A DNA stretch of 64,000 nucleotides from Octopus sinensis. Lineage: Eukaryota. The stretch is taken from positions 27,342,001-27,406,000 of the forward strand of contig NC_043016.1 of NCBI RefSeq assembly GCF_006345805.1, written 5' to 3'. The position numbers were made by a program, and so were the translations under genes. Shown here in pieces: positions 10,101-26,025 of the stretch; positions within the stretch are counted from its first letter, which is position 1, and every line of letters begins with the position of its first letter. Below the pieces are notes generated by a model. The model saw only the letters and a list, made by a program, of their open reading frames with translations. It was not told the DNA's origin and ran no database searches.

Positions 10101-13100
10101 TCTCATTTATCCAGTCCTTTCACTCCACCCTTGAATTCTCCTGTTCTGTCTCTGACACCTTTGTTAACTTCCTTGGTGTTTTCATTTCCTTTAACCACTC
10201 CTCCCTCTCTACTTCTATCCCCTACAGTCCTATAGATACCTACACGAAACTGTCCATCTCCTGCTCTCACTTCCTCTGCCTCCATTGGCTCTGTAATGGT
10301 GACCATGATTTTGGGATGCAATCCCAACTCATAGCCTGCCACTTCAACCAATAAGGATATCCTTCCATTATAATCCAAGCTATCCTCATCCATGCTTGGT
10401 CTGTTGATTGTCCTCTCTCCCCATGCTCATCCCATCTTTACCTGCCTCTCCTTTCCCCCCTTACTTATCCCCCCCCCACAGTACCCTGCCAACACTATTT
10501 TATGTTCTTTCTGCATACTTTCAATCTGACCCGGCCACATCTCACATTTTCCCCAACCTATACGACTTACTAGTCCTTGGCTCTTTCCTCGCTCCCAGCA
10601 ACAGAACATTGCTCCTTCCCTTGCTGTTGCCCATGCTGTTACACATGTTCCATCCCCAACACTACTGTCTTCACTGGTACACACCATCACTCTTTTCATA
10701 ACACTGACTCCTCATGTAGATCTAGTAATCTTAGTTACTGCATCCTCTGCACTCTTACATAGGACAAATTTGTTAATGCCTGGATGACTGTTTTACCATA
10801 AGACTTGGTAATGATACCTCAGTTTTGTGCCACTTTCACTTGGCTGGCATAGACTTTGGTCCCCAACTGTCTAAATTCCCAGCACTTTTTCATTTATCCC
10901 TTCTTCCTTTTCCCCTTCACACCCACACCTGCCAGCTATCTCTTACATTCCCACAGTCCCTTAAACCCCATAAGACACCTACAGTACACCATTTAACAAA
11001 ATACTGTACACTATACATACTAACATGATTAAACAATACACTCATGCACTTGCTACCACACGCACACTTATCTATTTCACACACACTAGCACTCACACTT
11101 CAATTACAATCTCACATGCTACTCATATGCATACTTACTAACATCAGTATATAAACACACATACTTCTGGCACTTCTACTCCACCTAGACACATCTAGTA
11201 TGACACACACAACAGCCTCATACATACATACAAAGTGTAAGCAAGCACACATACACCAGGTTCATAGTTGCCAAAAGTAACCACTTTACCACATTCGACC
11301 ATTTCAGCATGCCACAACAATTGTATACACTTAAGTCTCTATCCTCCATTTTCCTCCTCTGTTTTTTTCCCTCCTCATCTATTCTTCAGAAGAAGAGTGT
11401 ATACTCAGAAAGTAGATGTTACCTTTTTTTTTTTTTTACCCCTCCAGTTTCCATCAACCCACCACACTTAGTATTTTTTTTACATTGTTTTCATATTATA
11501 TTTTTTGCATTATATATCTGTGCAAATGTTGGTTTTTTTTTTTTCAAATATCGTCTGATATCTGATAAATTGTTTCACTATGATAGATATAACATAAAAA
11601 ATTTTCCCAAATATTTGAAGGTATCTCAAAGAAAAACCTTGTAGTTACTTATTTTTAGTGAAAACAGTTGAATAGAGGGAGTAGAGAGCAAGATAGAGAA
11701 AGAAAGACAAAGTATTGCAAGGAAACAAAGTGAAAAAGACAATGTACTGGGATGTGGACAGACAAAAATATTAAAAGAAATGGTTGGCCAAGGGTTATGA
11801 ATGAAGTTTTGGGGTGAAAGAAAAGGCAAAGACAAAAGAAGACATTGAAAAAATATCAGTAAGGAGCAAATTGAAGTAGTAAATAATCTAAATCGTTCAT
11901 TATTCAACAGACCATAATTAACACACTTTTTTTTCTTGTCACTAAATAAAATTCAAAGTAATTTTGAAAGGATTGACATAGAGTAAAAATTCTCACAAAT
12001 ATTCTTGAAGTATCTAAAAAGAAAAACTATATTCATTTTTAGTGAAAAGAATTGAATCGACATAAATATTGTCAAAGTATCTCAAAGAAAATCTGTGTAG
12101 TCACATTTTTAATGGAAATAATTAAATAGTGGAAGAGAGAGAGAGATGCATGTTGCAGTGAATAAAAATATTTTAATAAAAACAATTGAATACGATACTT
12201 GAGAATAAAAATAAATTTAAATTTTGATAATTGCTTTCTTTTAGTAAAACTTACATAATTTCAATTAATTAATAAACAGCTTCTTTTATTATACTATTAT
12301 ATGTATACACAAGGACATACACGTACTTTGATATATGAGAGAGAGAGTAAAACTTAAAGTTGGTAATATACAGGGTGTGCTGTAAAGAATTACTGATTGA
12401 GATTTAGTTATAATTTTTAGTAAAGAGCATAAAAACACACGAGTTCTATAGAATTTAATTACATATGGCCGGGTAATGTATTAAGATACATTTCATTCAA
12501 TATGTTTGTCTTTAACCTTCATAATCATCCGAAGACAGCCAAGAACAGAATCACAGGAACACCAGATGACTTCTTCGATTAAATGATCTCATGACATGAC
12601 TAAGGCTTTCTTCAGAGCAGTGATATTTTTGTAGGAAACTCTTGAAATGTCACTTTCTAGAATAGTTCATAGGGTTGACATCTGGGCTGGGGCAGGGAGC
12701 ACACATTCTTGTCTCAGAACCTTGTGAAATGGCTCTTGCTCCACTGCTGTGTCACATAAGGCATATGAGAAGGAGCGCTGTCTTGCATAAACACATAATT
12801 ATTGCCAAATTGACCTTTGTTCCCTCTAATGAATATCAGAGGAAATTTTCCACCGTTGGATGACACTGCCAGCCAAACCATCACTCGAACAGGCTTCATT
12901 CGGTGACACACCTTGCAGGCACCTTCAGGGACAACATCCAACCTCATGGCCCAAATCCTGTTATTCTGGGTGTTCACTACAGCCTCCACAGTTAACATCG
13001 TTTTGTCTGACTAGATGAAGACATTGTCACCAGTGCTCTAAATCTCCTCTGCCATTTTCTTGCACCTGTCCGGTTGCTTTGGAAACGGCCAAAATTAGGT

Positions 13101-14747
13101 GTCGACATTGCAGTTTTAATGACTTACAATTTAAGTCATCATGCATGACTTGTCATATGATTGTCTGGGAGATATCAAGACTTTTAACCATGTCTTCTGT
13201 TCTACTGTGGGTTTCACGACACTTTCTTTTGGACAACATCCACCAATAGTTTCATCCTTACAGATTATTTGTGACCAAGAATGGGCTTGCTATTGATTGA
13301 ACCTGTCTCTCAGTGGTGTTTCATAACATTATAGACTGTTTTGGGATCAGCACCAATCCTTGAAGCCACATCTTTGATGCTATGTCCTGCTTTTTTTCAG
13401 AGCTACAATCTCACTTTACCTGTTAGCTGCCATGTTGAAACATTTTACTCGCTGAATATAAACAAACAATTGTGTGTACATGAACAATTGAATGTTGAGC
13501 AGCACATTTTAATTATTTTTGTGCAATTTCAAACTAATTGTAATAAAATAAACTTATTTAAATAATTAAGTATTCTTTACAACACACACTGACATACAAT
13601 ACATTATTTCAAAATATTTTAGTTTTTACCCATTACTTTATATATACTTGTACAGTATATAAAATTGTACTCTATATAACTTAATATGTTATTCTCTCTA
13701 TCAGTATATTAATATAGTTTTTCTTTTCCTTCTATCTTATTTTTCACTAAGATAAGGACAGATCCAAAGTAACTTTATGCAAAAATATGTACGTATTTAT
13801 ACTCACACACAAACTCACATGCTTATACATATAGAGACATGTAGACATCTATTTATGCACACATACATATACATACACTTATATATAGACATGCACACAT
13901 ACATGCATACGTACGCCTATATTTGTACATAGACATATGCTTTGTCAATATTCTAAGCATACGATTTAACTTTGTATCAAGGTCACAAGCACTTTCACAT
14001 AGGCACCGATGTGGCTGTGAGGTGAGAAGTTTGCTTCACCACCACATGGTTCTGAGTTCAGTCCCACTGTGTACCACCTTGGACCAGTGTTTTCTACCAT
14101 ACACCAAGGCCAACTGAATGCGTGTAACTGGGTTTTGTAGACAGAAACTGAAAGAAGCCCATCATTGTCTTCACATTGCATGACAAATGATCGTCACTAT
14201 CATCCAAGCAGTATCATTCATTTCCAATATTCTACAAAACACACCTGACAATGAAGAAATATTATCTTGCTTGGAAACAGGTGAATGTTGGCAACAGGAA
14301 GGGCATTCAGCTGCAGAAAATCTGCCTCAGTTTACTCTGTCCAAGCCATGTAAGCATGGATAAGTTGGTGTTAAAATGATGATGATGAAATCTAACTTTA
14401 TATCTGTAAAAGCTTACCCTTCTCCTCCCTTCAGTGTCTGTAGCAACAGTTTAAAATTGTAGTGGTTCGTTCCATAAGTTTTCTCTCTCCTCGTGTTTAT
14501 ATGAAGAATCTTTTACAATAAAAACAGTATCACTCACTCTAGTTTATATTTATTTTTTATCTTTTACTTGTTTCAGTCATTAGACTGCAGCGATACCTTG
14601 AAGAATTTTTGTCAAATGAATCAACTTCCGTACTTATTCTGTCGATCTCTTTTTCTGCATCGCTAAGTTACAGGGATGTAAACACTGCTTGTCAAGCAGT
14701 GGTGGGGAATAAATAGACACACAAACGCATGCTCGCGCACATATGTG

Positions 14748-14787
<40 letters not shown>

Positions 14788-15210
14788 GGCTACCCCCTCG
14801 TTATCGAATATGGCCATTGCACGAAGCTTAACTGTTACTGGTGCTGTGATCGAATGTGACTTTTTAGCCCAGCTAAAGATCTACAAGATCTATATATATA
14901 TATATATATATATGTATATGTATATATACACATAACAGAGGTAACAAAGGAATAAAATAATTATCTTATGAACATCATTAGCTTATAGCTATTTCTACTA
15001 TAAGATGTGGTTGAGGCTCATAGTTGAGTGCCTAAGTAATGCTTTAAGTTTCATCAGTTTCGTGTAAAATAATGAAGTTCATAAGGTATTTGTTTTATTT
15101 CTTTGACCATCTCTTCTTATTACTGTGCTGTATCTGACTAAAACACTTCATTCAGAAATTTATGTATAATGCGTACTGCACCAGGTTATTAGTATCACAA
15201 TGTCTATGTG

Positions 15211-15259
<49 letters not shown>

Positions 15260-18200
15260 GGGCTTTTTCCAGTTGTCTACCAAATCCACTCACAAGGCTT
15301 TGGTTGGGCTGAGGCTATAAAAGACATGCATGGGTTTGAACCCAGAATTATGCAGTTGAAAAGCAAACATTAATTATTTTTTTAATTTTTATCTTCTGTA
15401 ACTTTTCTTCATAATTATCTTATTCATTAATTTCAATCTTTTAATCATTATTTTAATAATGTATTTTTTATCAAATACGATTTAATTACTAAATAAATTT
15501 TCATATTTTATGTTTAATTTGACTATTTATTATATAATTACATGTTTTTAGCAATTTTTAGTTGGTCTTGATATTTATATGTAATTAGACTTTTCTGTTA
15601 GAAAGAATTATTTACTTTTCTCAAGATTTAGTCTATTTGAAATATGAATGTTTAATTTGTAATAAGTATAAGCAAATTTATTATTAAGTATTATATATAT
15701 ATATAAATGTGTGTGTGTATGTGTATCTATAAATGTGTGTGTGTGTATATATATATATTTATATATATATATATATAAATGTGTGTGTATGTGTATCTAT
15801 AAATGTATGTATATATATATATATATATGTGTGTGTGTATATGTAGGTATGTGTATATGTATGTGTGTGTAGATATATACACATACTCATACAACTGAGT
15901 GTATGTGTATATATATATGTGTATATATATATACACACACACATACACACACTTTCACTTGAATATAAAAAATCATTATGATTTTGTTTATAAAGTTACA
16001 AATATATGTGTATTTACAAAAGAAATAGTAAAAATTTGGATCAATTATTAATTTTATAATGTTAATAAATCAGTTATTTGTAAGATATTAATTTACAAAA
16101 AATCAAAACTAATCCCACACCAGTAATTTGTTTGTTAATTCTACCAGCTTGACATTTTAGAATTTCAATAGATTGTCACCTTTATATCTGACAGCTGTCA
16201 GATCAGATTGAAGCCCGTTGCAGCCTCTTGGCTTGCCAGTTCTCAGTCAAACCATTCAACCCATGCCAGCATGGAAAGTGGATGTTAAATGATGATGATG
16301 ATGACCATGAGATTGAATATTGAATATTTTTGTCTTTCAATCTCCATATTAGAGTTGCTAAGGAAGTACTCAGTGCTTCCGATTTTTATTTGAAGGAGCT
16401 TAAATGGTTTTGCCATCTTGATTTAAATTATGTTGTCCTGTTCCCAAACATAGTGATATACTTTGTTGTAAGCGGAGACAGAACATATCTTGCATTTGCA
16501 TAATCAACTGATGAAATAATGGCATTTCTATTCACTATTGTCATCATTTAACGTCCATTTTCTAGTGTCAGCTTTGGCAAGTTTTGTACAGTTGAATGTC
16601 CTTCCTTATACCAACCACCTTAAGGGGCTGGGCATAATGGTGGATACAAGGTGTTGAGAATGATTGTAGATGTGTGAGTATGGTAGAGGGGAGAGTTTTC
16701 CGGAGACACAGAATGTGTTCAGTAAGAATGTGTTCAGTAAGAATAATGTGGAAAAGAAGGGATGGAAGGTTCCAAGGGAGGAAGAAGTAACTGGTAGTGC
16801 AAAGAAGGTTGGGGAGTAATATGTGCTGATTCTACTCCCAAGTGATTACAGATGCTGAGTAGTGCCATAGATAGAGAAGTAATGGAGGAGGAGTTTATGG
16901 GACTAAAATGTAGGGATTCTTGACAGAACAATAGATTACAATGCAGAGAATGTTTTCAGGACATCATTTTTGTTGTAGTGGATAGGTCTTAAGAATAGTG
17001 AATTGCTAGCCTTCTCAGTCCTTTGTTATGTCCTCCATGGGACAATATTTTGAGATCTGCCTTCACTACTTCATCTCATGTTTTCCTAGGCTTGCCCATT
17101 CCACAAGTTCCATCCACTTTAAGTGAGCAGCACTTCTTTATGCAACTGTCCTCATCCCTCTGCATCTGATTCCTCTTAATTTTTCTCTCAGTACTTTAGC
17201 ACTTTGTCATACATATACACTGATATTGCACATCCATTAGAGTATACTCACTTATTCCTTTCTAATTTATACATGTAGTATTGTTGTTCATGCACAAGCA
17301 TCATACAATGTCTTTCACTCTGAGAGAGATACCTTTTGTAGCCAGCAAAGATGATAGCTCTCTGAACTTTCTCCATCCTTATTTTAGGGTCTGTACTTTC
17401 AAAACATCCTCCTCTGCTGCTAATTAGATCATCCATATAACAGAAACTATCTTCTTCCTCTAGGCAGCCTCCAGAGCATTTAAATAAATCTATTTTTCAT
17501 TGTTCCTTAATGTTTTTTGCTCCTGCACAACTTTCACATACATTATTTCTATTAACCCTCCTGTAATTCCTCTGTACGTTTTGTATGTCCATAGTTTCTA
17601 CTGAATACACCATACAGAATTCCTGCCATATTAAGGCAGCAAGTGGCAGAATTATCAGTGCTTTGGACTGAATAATTGGTGGCGTTTCTCCCAGATCTTT
17701 ATGTACTGAATTTAAATACCACTGAAATCAACTTTCCCTTTCATCCTTCAGGGTCAACAAAATAAATTACCAGTCAAGACTTGGGGTTGATATAATCAAC
17801 ATCTAAAGGCAAATTTACTGCAGTTACTGTGGAGTTAAAGCTATGGCTTTAAAATACCCAGAGTTACCTCTCTCCAGTATTTGCCATAGAAGAAAGCTAA
17901 AGAACCAGAAACTCTGCATCTAGAAATCCAATAGGGGGCAACACTGGGCAGATATGGTGTTTTTACACCGTTTACCATAAAAAGAGAATTATTTTCCCCA
18001 CTTTAACTGCAGTGAATTTTCCTTTAGAAGTTGAAATATATCATGATTATATTTTTTTTACATACTACACTTAACTGATTATAGTAGTGGACATCATCAT
18101 CATTCTAATGTTCACATTTCCATACTTGCATGGAGACAGATATTTGTACAGCTGGATGCTCTTTTTGTCACCAACCTTCACTTGTTTCCAAGTAAGGTAA

Positions 18201-21200
18201 TATTTCCCCAAGACCAGATATGTTTTTACAGAAGACAGGAACTGAAGGACACCAGTTGCATGGTGGTGACACTTGTTTACAACTTTCACATAACACACAT
18301 TCATGTGTGTGTGTTTTGGTCTCCTTGCCTTGACTTTTCATAACTTCCATCTACTGAATTATGTGGGAGAATTTTTTATGTTTGTAAATCTGATACTATA
18401 AAGCCTACCTGTGAAGGTAGAGTTTATAATATCAGATTATGAGGTAGTGTTGTGTTCTTGAGCAAGACGCTTTATTTCATGGTGCTCAAATTCACTCAGC
18501 TGTAGAAATGAGTTGCGATGTCACTGGTTCCAAGCTGTATCAGCCTTTGCTTTTTGCTTGGATAACATCTGTGGCATGGAGAGAGGAGGCTGGTATGCAT
18601 GGGCAACTGCTGAGGGGAACTTTCTAGGTGCAATCCCATGGTCGTTCATGACCAAAGGTTTTTTTTTTAATAAACCCTACATACACCACTGGATATGTTT
18701 CTATTTTACTTGTTTCAGTCATTGAACTATGGTTGTGCCGAGGCACCATTGTGAAGGGTTTAATCAAACAAATCAACCCCAAAACTTACTTTTTAAAGTC
18801 TGGTGCTTATTTAATTAGTCTTTTTTTATGAACTGCTAAGTTATGGGGGATATAAACAAGCCAACACTGGTTTCTAAGTAGTGGAAGGGGACCAGCACAA
18901 ATAAATATATAAATGGTTATGTGGTAAGAAGCTTGCTTCTCAAACACGTGGTTTTGGGTTCAGTCCTACTGCATGACACCTTGAGCAAGTGTCTTCTACT
19001 ATAACCTCAGGCTACTGAAGCCTTTTGAGTGGATTTGGTGGATGGAAACTAAAAGAAGCCTGTTGGGTGTATATAAAACCAAGAAAGTGAGAACAAATTT
19101 CAAAGGTCAGTGTTCATATTCACTAAATATATTTCAAAGTGTCAGAATATTCCACAGCATACATAAGTGCATTTGTATACACAAGATATAATATAAAAAT
19201 TTATACATATATAAATACATAAATATACTTGCGAGATTGTATGTCCGTATTAAAATCAATGAGGATATTAAAATATGCAGATGGTGAATAGTAATCCAAA
19301 TAGATGAGAAAGTTGGCATAAAATGACTTTAAAAAGAATCTTGAGCAGGTGCAAAGTCTGACAGCCATTTTGAGAAGATATAGGTTGGTATGGGCGACTT
19401 AATTCCAACTATAACAATCATCTATATATTTTTCTCATCAGAGTTAATCTAAAGGATTTATAAAAGTTATTTAAATCTTAAAAGTTTTAAGTAACATGAG
19501 AAATTTAAGAATTTAAAAAACCTGAACATTGTGTCGGAACATGTTTTAATAAATTATGAAGCTAAAGATAATAGTGTTTTAAGATTAATCCAAATACATA
19601 AAGGATAACTAGGTTAAAATATAAACTGATTATATTTGGAGAAAAATTAAAAAGTTGATAAATATTTATGTCTACAAAGAATAATGACATCCAAGATCTT
19701 AAGTAAAAATTTTTGTCAGCACAGAGTATATAGATTGCTTCTTTTGTGCATAATTTACAGTTTCTGGTGTGGTTTCCATTATAATAGACCAATCTAGACT
19801 GAATTTTTTGTTGTGCATTTTCAATTTATTAATGTGGGCAGCTAGTACAGTTGAATTTTTTGTTTCTTGTGTGTGCCCTATATCTGGTCTTAAAACAGTA
19901 GTACTTCCTATATATATCTTTTTTGGTTCACTAATGGTTGAAACCTCAACTTTATATATGACATCTCTCCTTAAACAGAAACCCTTTAAGGGACATAGTT
20001 CCTGGTTATGGAAATTACATGTTTTATTTCCATGCTTTGCCTTTATATTTTTAATATCAGGATTCTTATTACTCTTCTTATTAAGATCAGCTATATTGTC
20101 ATCTCTATCAATACTATTATTTCTAAGTTTAAATCTATTGTTGGCTGCAATAATAAATCCTAGGTTGAGCATGGTTTAGTACAATAATTTAAGGCAGGAC
20201 CTATTAAAGATGGAATGATATTTATGGCCTGATGGGAAATTCCTGTCAATAATCCTAAAAAATAATTTAGGGCAGTTTATAACTTGAAGGGAAAAAGGTA
20301 GGGTGAACCAGATACTTGTATGTTTCCTCACCAAGTTGTTCCTGTTCTGCCCAGTATAGTCATTATAATTAAATGAAGTATACTATGGTGTCGGTTCTTA
20401 TGCTCAGGGTGGGGGGTTGTTCAAGGGCGATGTGTCAATGTTTAATTTCGCAATATTTGGAAAACATTTGCCTAATTTATTTTTAAATATTGTATTCTTA
20501 ATATATTTTCTTATTGAATCCACTGTCCTTCAATGCTGTATTATAAAAGGGTGAAAAGTTTAAAAACATCTTTTCGTTAGCAGATAAGTTGTCGATTCTT
20601 ATTGACACACCTTTGACTACCCCATTAATAACACGTTGGGGATAATTTGATGAGGTGTGGATATACTTAATGGTTTTATTAGGCTTATGGTAAGGGTAAA
20701 ATAAGCCATTATCTAAATTTAATGTTACATCCAAAATGTTAACACATTTAGTGACATTTTCAAATATAATATCTAAGTTATATAACTTTAAAAATTTTAT
20801 TAGTCTTTTCTTTACCCTACCATTTGCTTGTGTAGAGGAGCTGGAAATAGTGAATAACGCATCGTCTCTATACAAACCTCTGCTGATATTAGGGAATTCT
20901 TCCTTAATTTTAGACAGTAAGAACAAGCCAACAATGTCAGTGACCTGGGCAGAGTCCAAGCTTCCCATTGTAACATCAAAGTTGTCTTGAAGTTCACATT
21001 GGGTGCAGGTCCTTTATCTGAAAGATATCAGTGCTATCCTTGAGGTAAAAATATTTTCTCTGATGGTGTAATATCAGTAAAATTCTCCACAAAAGTGATT
21101 GCTTTATCAAGCAGGTCCAGCTTAATAGATTGGTAGTAATTACTAATGTTGAATTGTATAAAGTGAGTTTTCCATTTATTATTCAATGAGCAGAACCAAG

Positions 21201-21876
21201 TTATGATGTCCCCTGTGTATAGCCAAAGTGGAAGTTCCATATTTCTTCTAACACAAGGGATAATTCTATCAATAATAGACTTACTAATTCTGCCCAAGTC
21301 AGATTTGGTTGGGCAAATTAGTATAACAGTGGGTTTGCTCTCAAAGTTAGCTTTGTGATCCTTAAATGTGAAATGTAGGATTTTACTGGCATATGGTTCT
21401 ATCCTGTCTGATAATTTTAGCTCCTTAAAGTCAGTGTTTCTTATTAATTTCATTCAGTCTGTTTGTTATCAGCAACTATTTTATATTTAGAGTTCAATTC
21501 CTTCAGAATAAAGGTATTATAAGCATCGATTGGTAGTGAATATAGGTTTCCTGTTTTATCAGAAAGAACATGTAGGTTATCAGTTTTTTTTATTTGGGAG
21601 ATAATATCAGTTAATTTGTTCTGAATGTGATTTGTGTGTGTGTGTTTGTGTCCCATCACCATTTGACAACCAGTGTTGGTGTGTTACCCCCCCCCCCTCA
21701 CTGTAACTTTGCAGTTTGGCAAAGAGACCAACAGAATAAGTACTAGGCTTCAAAAATAAGTCCTGAGGTTGATTTGTTCAGCTAAAACCCCTCGTGATTG
21801 TGCTCCAGCTTGGCCACAGTCAAATGACTGAAACATATAAAAGATATATGTATGTGAATATATATATGTGTGTGTG

Positions 21877-21907
<31 letters not shown>

Positions 21908-24900
21908 CGACTGAGAGAGAGAGAGAGAGAGATCTTTTACATGTTTACACGCTCCTAGAAATTGAAAGCAAGATCAAACTCTCTCATGAAACGGAAAGAG
22001 CAGAGAGAGAAGGGCTGTGGAAAGCATAAAAACAAATCCCAAAGCTTTCTATAAATTCTCAAAAGGAAACAGCTACAATACAATATAAAATAGGACCATT
22101 GTTCCAAGGAAATGACTCACTGACAGCAGATCCAGGAAGGATAAGTGAAATACTCAGTGAACAATTTAAAAGTGTCTTCACTTCCCACCTCGGACACATG
22201 CAGATAAAAAATCCAGCTGAATTCTTTGATATTGCAACTCTAAAAAAGAAGGCGCCAGCCATCAATTACATCAACATTGAGGAAACAGATGTAACAGCAG
22301 CCATTGATGAAATGAGTTCATGCTCTGCCACTGATCCTGATGGCTTCCCAGCTATTCTCCTGAAGTCGTGTAAGCAGGCTTTAGCGAAACCACTTCAGAT
22401 ACTCTTCCACAGTTTCCTTGCATGTGGTATACTTCTTAAAAAGCTGAAAGACGGTATTATATGCCCTATCCACAAAGGAGGAAGCAGAGCAGAAGCCAAA
22501 AACTACAGGCCAATCTCTCTAACTTCGCATATCAGTAAAGTCATGGGGAAAATCATCAGAAAGAAGTTGATAATGTTCTAGAAGAAAATGACCTACTGAA
22601 CAATACTCAGCATGGCTTCTGCCCAGGAAGAAGCTGCCTCACACAGCTCCTTTGGCACTATGACTGGGTTTTGAAACAGCTGCTTGACCATTCAGATGTC
22701 AGCATAGCAAAGGCATTTGATAAGGTAGATCATGGCATAAGTCATAAGCTATGAAACCTTGGCATTGTTGGCAAACTGGGAGAGTGGCTGCATGACTTCC
22801 TTGAAAAGAGAAGTCAGGTAGTTGCAGCCAATGGCACCCTTTCTGAGGAAACTGAAATTGTAAATGGTGTTCTGGGGCCATTACTGTTCATAATAGCCCT
22901 TGTAGACATGCCCACAGTCACTCGGACAGCCACTATCACTAGCTATGCTGATGATGCAAAATTATCACAGGCAATACAAAACCAAGAGGATGTCACAAAC
23001 TTACAGCAGGACCTAAACTCAATATGCAAGTGGGCTGAAATAAACAATATGCAGTTTAATGCTGGAAAATTTCAAGCACTGCACTATCAACTCTACAATC
23101 CCAGAGTCACAGGCAGTGAAAGTCTTGGGGATCAGTATGTGCAATGACACATCATTTCATATGCACATAAGCAAGATGGCAGCAAAGTGCAGACAACTGA
23201 CAGGATGGATACTGAAATCCTTCAAGACGAGACCAAAAAAACTATGTTGACCCTGTGGAGAACCTTTGTTCTCATCTGCCTGGACTACTGTTCCCAGTTA
23301 TGGCCACCACATAGTGCCAAACTAACAGTGGAGCTTGAAGCAGTCCAATGCCACTACACTAAAAAGATTGAAACAGTACAGTGGATGAGCTATAGGGTTA
23401 GGGTGAGAGAACTACAGCTCTATTCCCTGGAGCGAAGGCATGAGAGATATGCAAGGGCTAGTACCTAACTTTGGCATTGAGTGTTATACAAATGCCAGAA
23501 CTGGCTGCCATTGTATTGTACCAAAGATACTGTCCACATCTAAGCCCGTTGTTGGATGTATAAAAGACAAATTAGAGTGAAAAAAACCATAGAAGGCTTG
23601 TGTTATATGGTTAAAGAATATATTATTGGTTTTCTGTGGCATTTTCTGTCTCACGTGTTTTGATATATATCAAAACATGAGACCAAAAATGCCACTGAAA
23701 ACCAATAATATATTATTAACCATATAACACAAGTCATCTTTAGTTTTTTCATTCTATTTTGTCTTATATATATATATATATGTATATCATCATCGTTTAA
23801 CATCTGCTTTCCATAGCTGGATGCCCTTCCTAACGCCAACCACTCCGAGAGTGTAGTGGGTGCTTTTATGTTCCACTGGCACGAGGGCCAGTCAGGTAGT
23901 ACTGGCAATGGCCATGCCCAAATGGTGTTTTTTTTGTGCCACCTGCACAGGAGCCAGTCCAGCGGCACTGGCAACAAGTTCGCTTGAATGTTTTTTCACG
24001 TGCTACCAGCATAAGTGCCAGTAAGGCAACGCAGGTAATGATCACGCTCAAATGGTGCTTTTTACGTTCCACTGGCACGGAAGCCAGTTTGTTACTCTGG
24101 CAACAATCGCGCTTGGATGGTACTCTTAGTGCTCCACTAGCACGGATGCCAGTCATCGAATTCGATTTTGATTTCACTTGCCTCAACAGGTCTTTGCAAG
24201 CAGAGTTTAGTGTCCAATGGAGGAAAGGTACACATAAGTGTACTGGTTGCACCCCAGGCATAGGCCACAAGGTTATGGTCTCATTTGGCTTGCCGAGTCT
24301 TCTCAAGCACAGCATATTTCCAAAGGTCCCAGTCACTAGTCATTGCCTCGGCGAGGCCCAATGTTCAAAGGTCATGCTTCACCACCTCATCCCAGGTCTT
24401 ACTGCGTCTACCTCTTCCACAGGTTCCCTCAACTGCTAGGGTGTGGCACTTTTTCACACTGCTATCCACATCCATTCTCGCCACATGGCCATACCAGCAC
24501 AGTAATCTCTTGCAAACCACATCTGATGCTTCTTAGGTCCAACTTTTCTCTCAAGGTACTTACACTCTGTCGAGTATGTACACTGACATTACACATCCAT
24601 CGGAGTATTCTGGCTTCATTCCTTGTGAGCTTACGCATGTCCTCAGCAGTCACAGCCCATGTTTCACTGCCATGTAGCATGGCTGTTCATACACATGCGT
24701 CATACAGTCTACCTTTTACTCTGAGCGAGAGGCCCTTTGTCATATATACCAGAGCGTTGTGATTGAATTCGGTAGGTGGAAGTTACTGCCGTGTGTGTAT
24801 ATGTGCATGTAGGTGCTTGTGCCTCTCCGAAAGAGAGAGAGAGGGATATATATATATATCTGATATCTGATTTGATTTGATTTCCACTTGCCTCAACAGG

Positions 24901-25959
24901 TCTTCACAAGTGGAGTTTTGTGTCCCAAGAAGGAAACGTATGCATAAGTCGACTGGCTACATCCCAGGTAGAGGCCATGGGTTATGGTCTCACTAGTCCT
25001 GCCGGGTCTTCTCACGCACAGCATACTTCCATAGGTCTCGGTCTCTAGTCATTTCCTCGGTGAGACCTAAAGTTCGAAGGTCGTTCTTCACCACCTCGTC
25101 CCAGGTTTTCCTGGGTCTGCCTCTTCTGCAGGTTCCCTCAACCGCTAGGGTGTGGCACTTTTTCACACAACTATCTTCAGACATTCTCGTCACATGACCA
25201 TACCAGCGCAAACGTCTCTCTTGCACACAACAACTGATGCTTCTTAGGTCCAACTTTTCTCTCAAGGTACTTACACTCTGTCGAGTATGAACAATGACAT
25301 TACACATCCATCAGAGCATACTGGCTTCATTTCTTGCGAGCTTACGCATATCCTCAGCAGTCACAGCCCATGTTTCACTACCATGTAGCATGGCTGTATG
25401 TACACATGCATCATACAGTCTGCCTTTTACTCTGAGCAAGAGGCCTTTTGACACCAGCAGGGGTAACAGCACTCTGAACTTTGCTCAGGCTATTCTTACT
25501 CTAGCAGTTACACTTTCAGCACACCCACCTCCGCTACTGACTTGGTCACCTAGGTAACGGAAGCTATCAACTACTTCTAGTTTTTCTCCCTGGAATGTGG
25601 TAGAAGTTGGTCTCTGAACATTTTCAGTGTTTATTACTCCTGAGCATCTGCCACAAACAAAAACTATTTTCCTAGATAGCCTTCCTTTGACATTGCTGCA
25701 CCTCTTATGTGTCCATAGCTTACACTTGGTAAGCTATGGACACATAAGAGGTGCAGCAAAGGGCCTCTCGCTAAAGGGTAAAAAGTAGACTGTATGACGC
25801 ATGTGTATGAACAGCCATGCTACATGGCAGTGAGACATGGCTGTAACTGTTGAGGACATACGTAGACTTGAAAGAAATGAAGCTAGTATGCTCCGATGGA
25901 TGTGTAATGTCAGTGTGCATACTCGACAGAGTGTAAGTACCTTGAGAGAAAAGTTGGAC

Positions 25960-26025
<66 letters not shown>

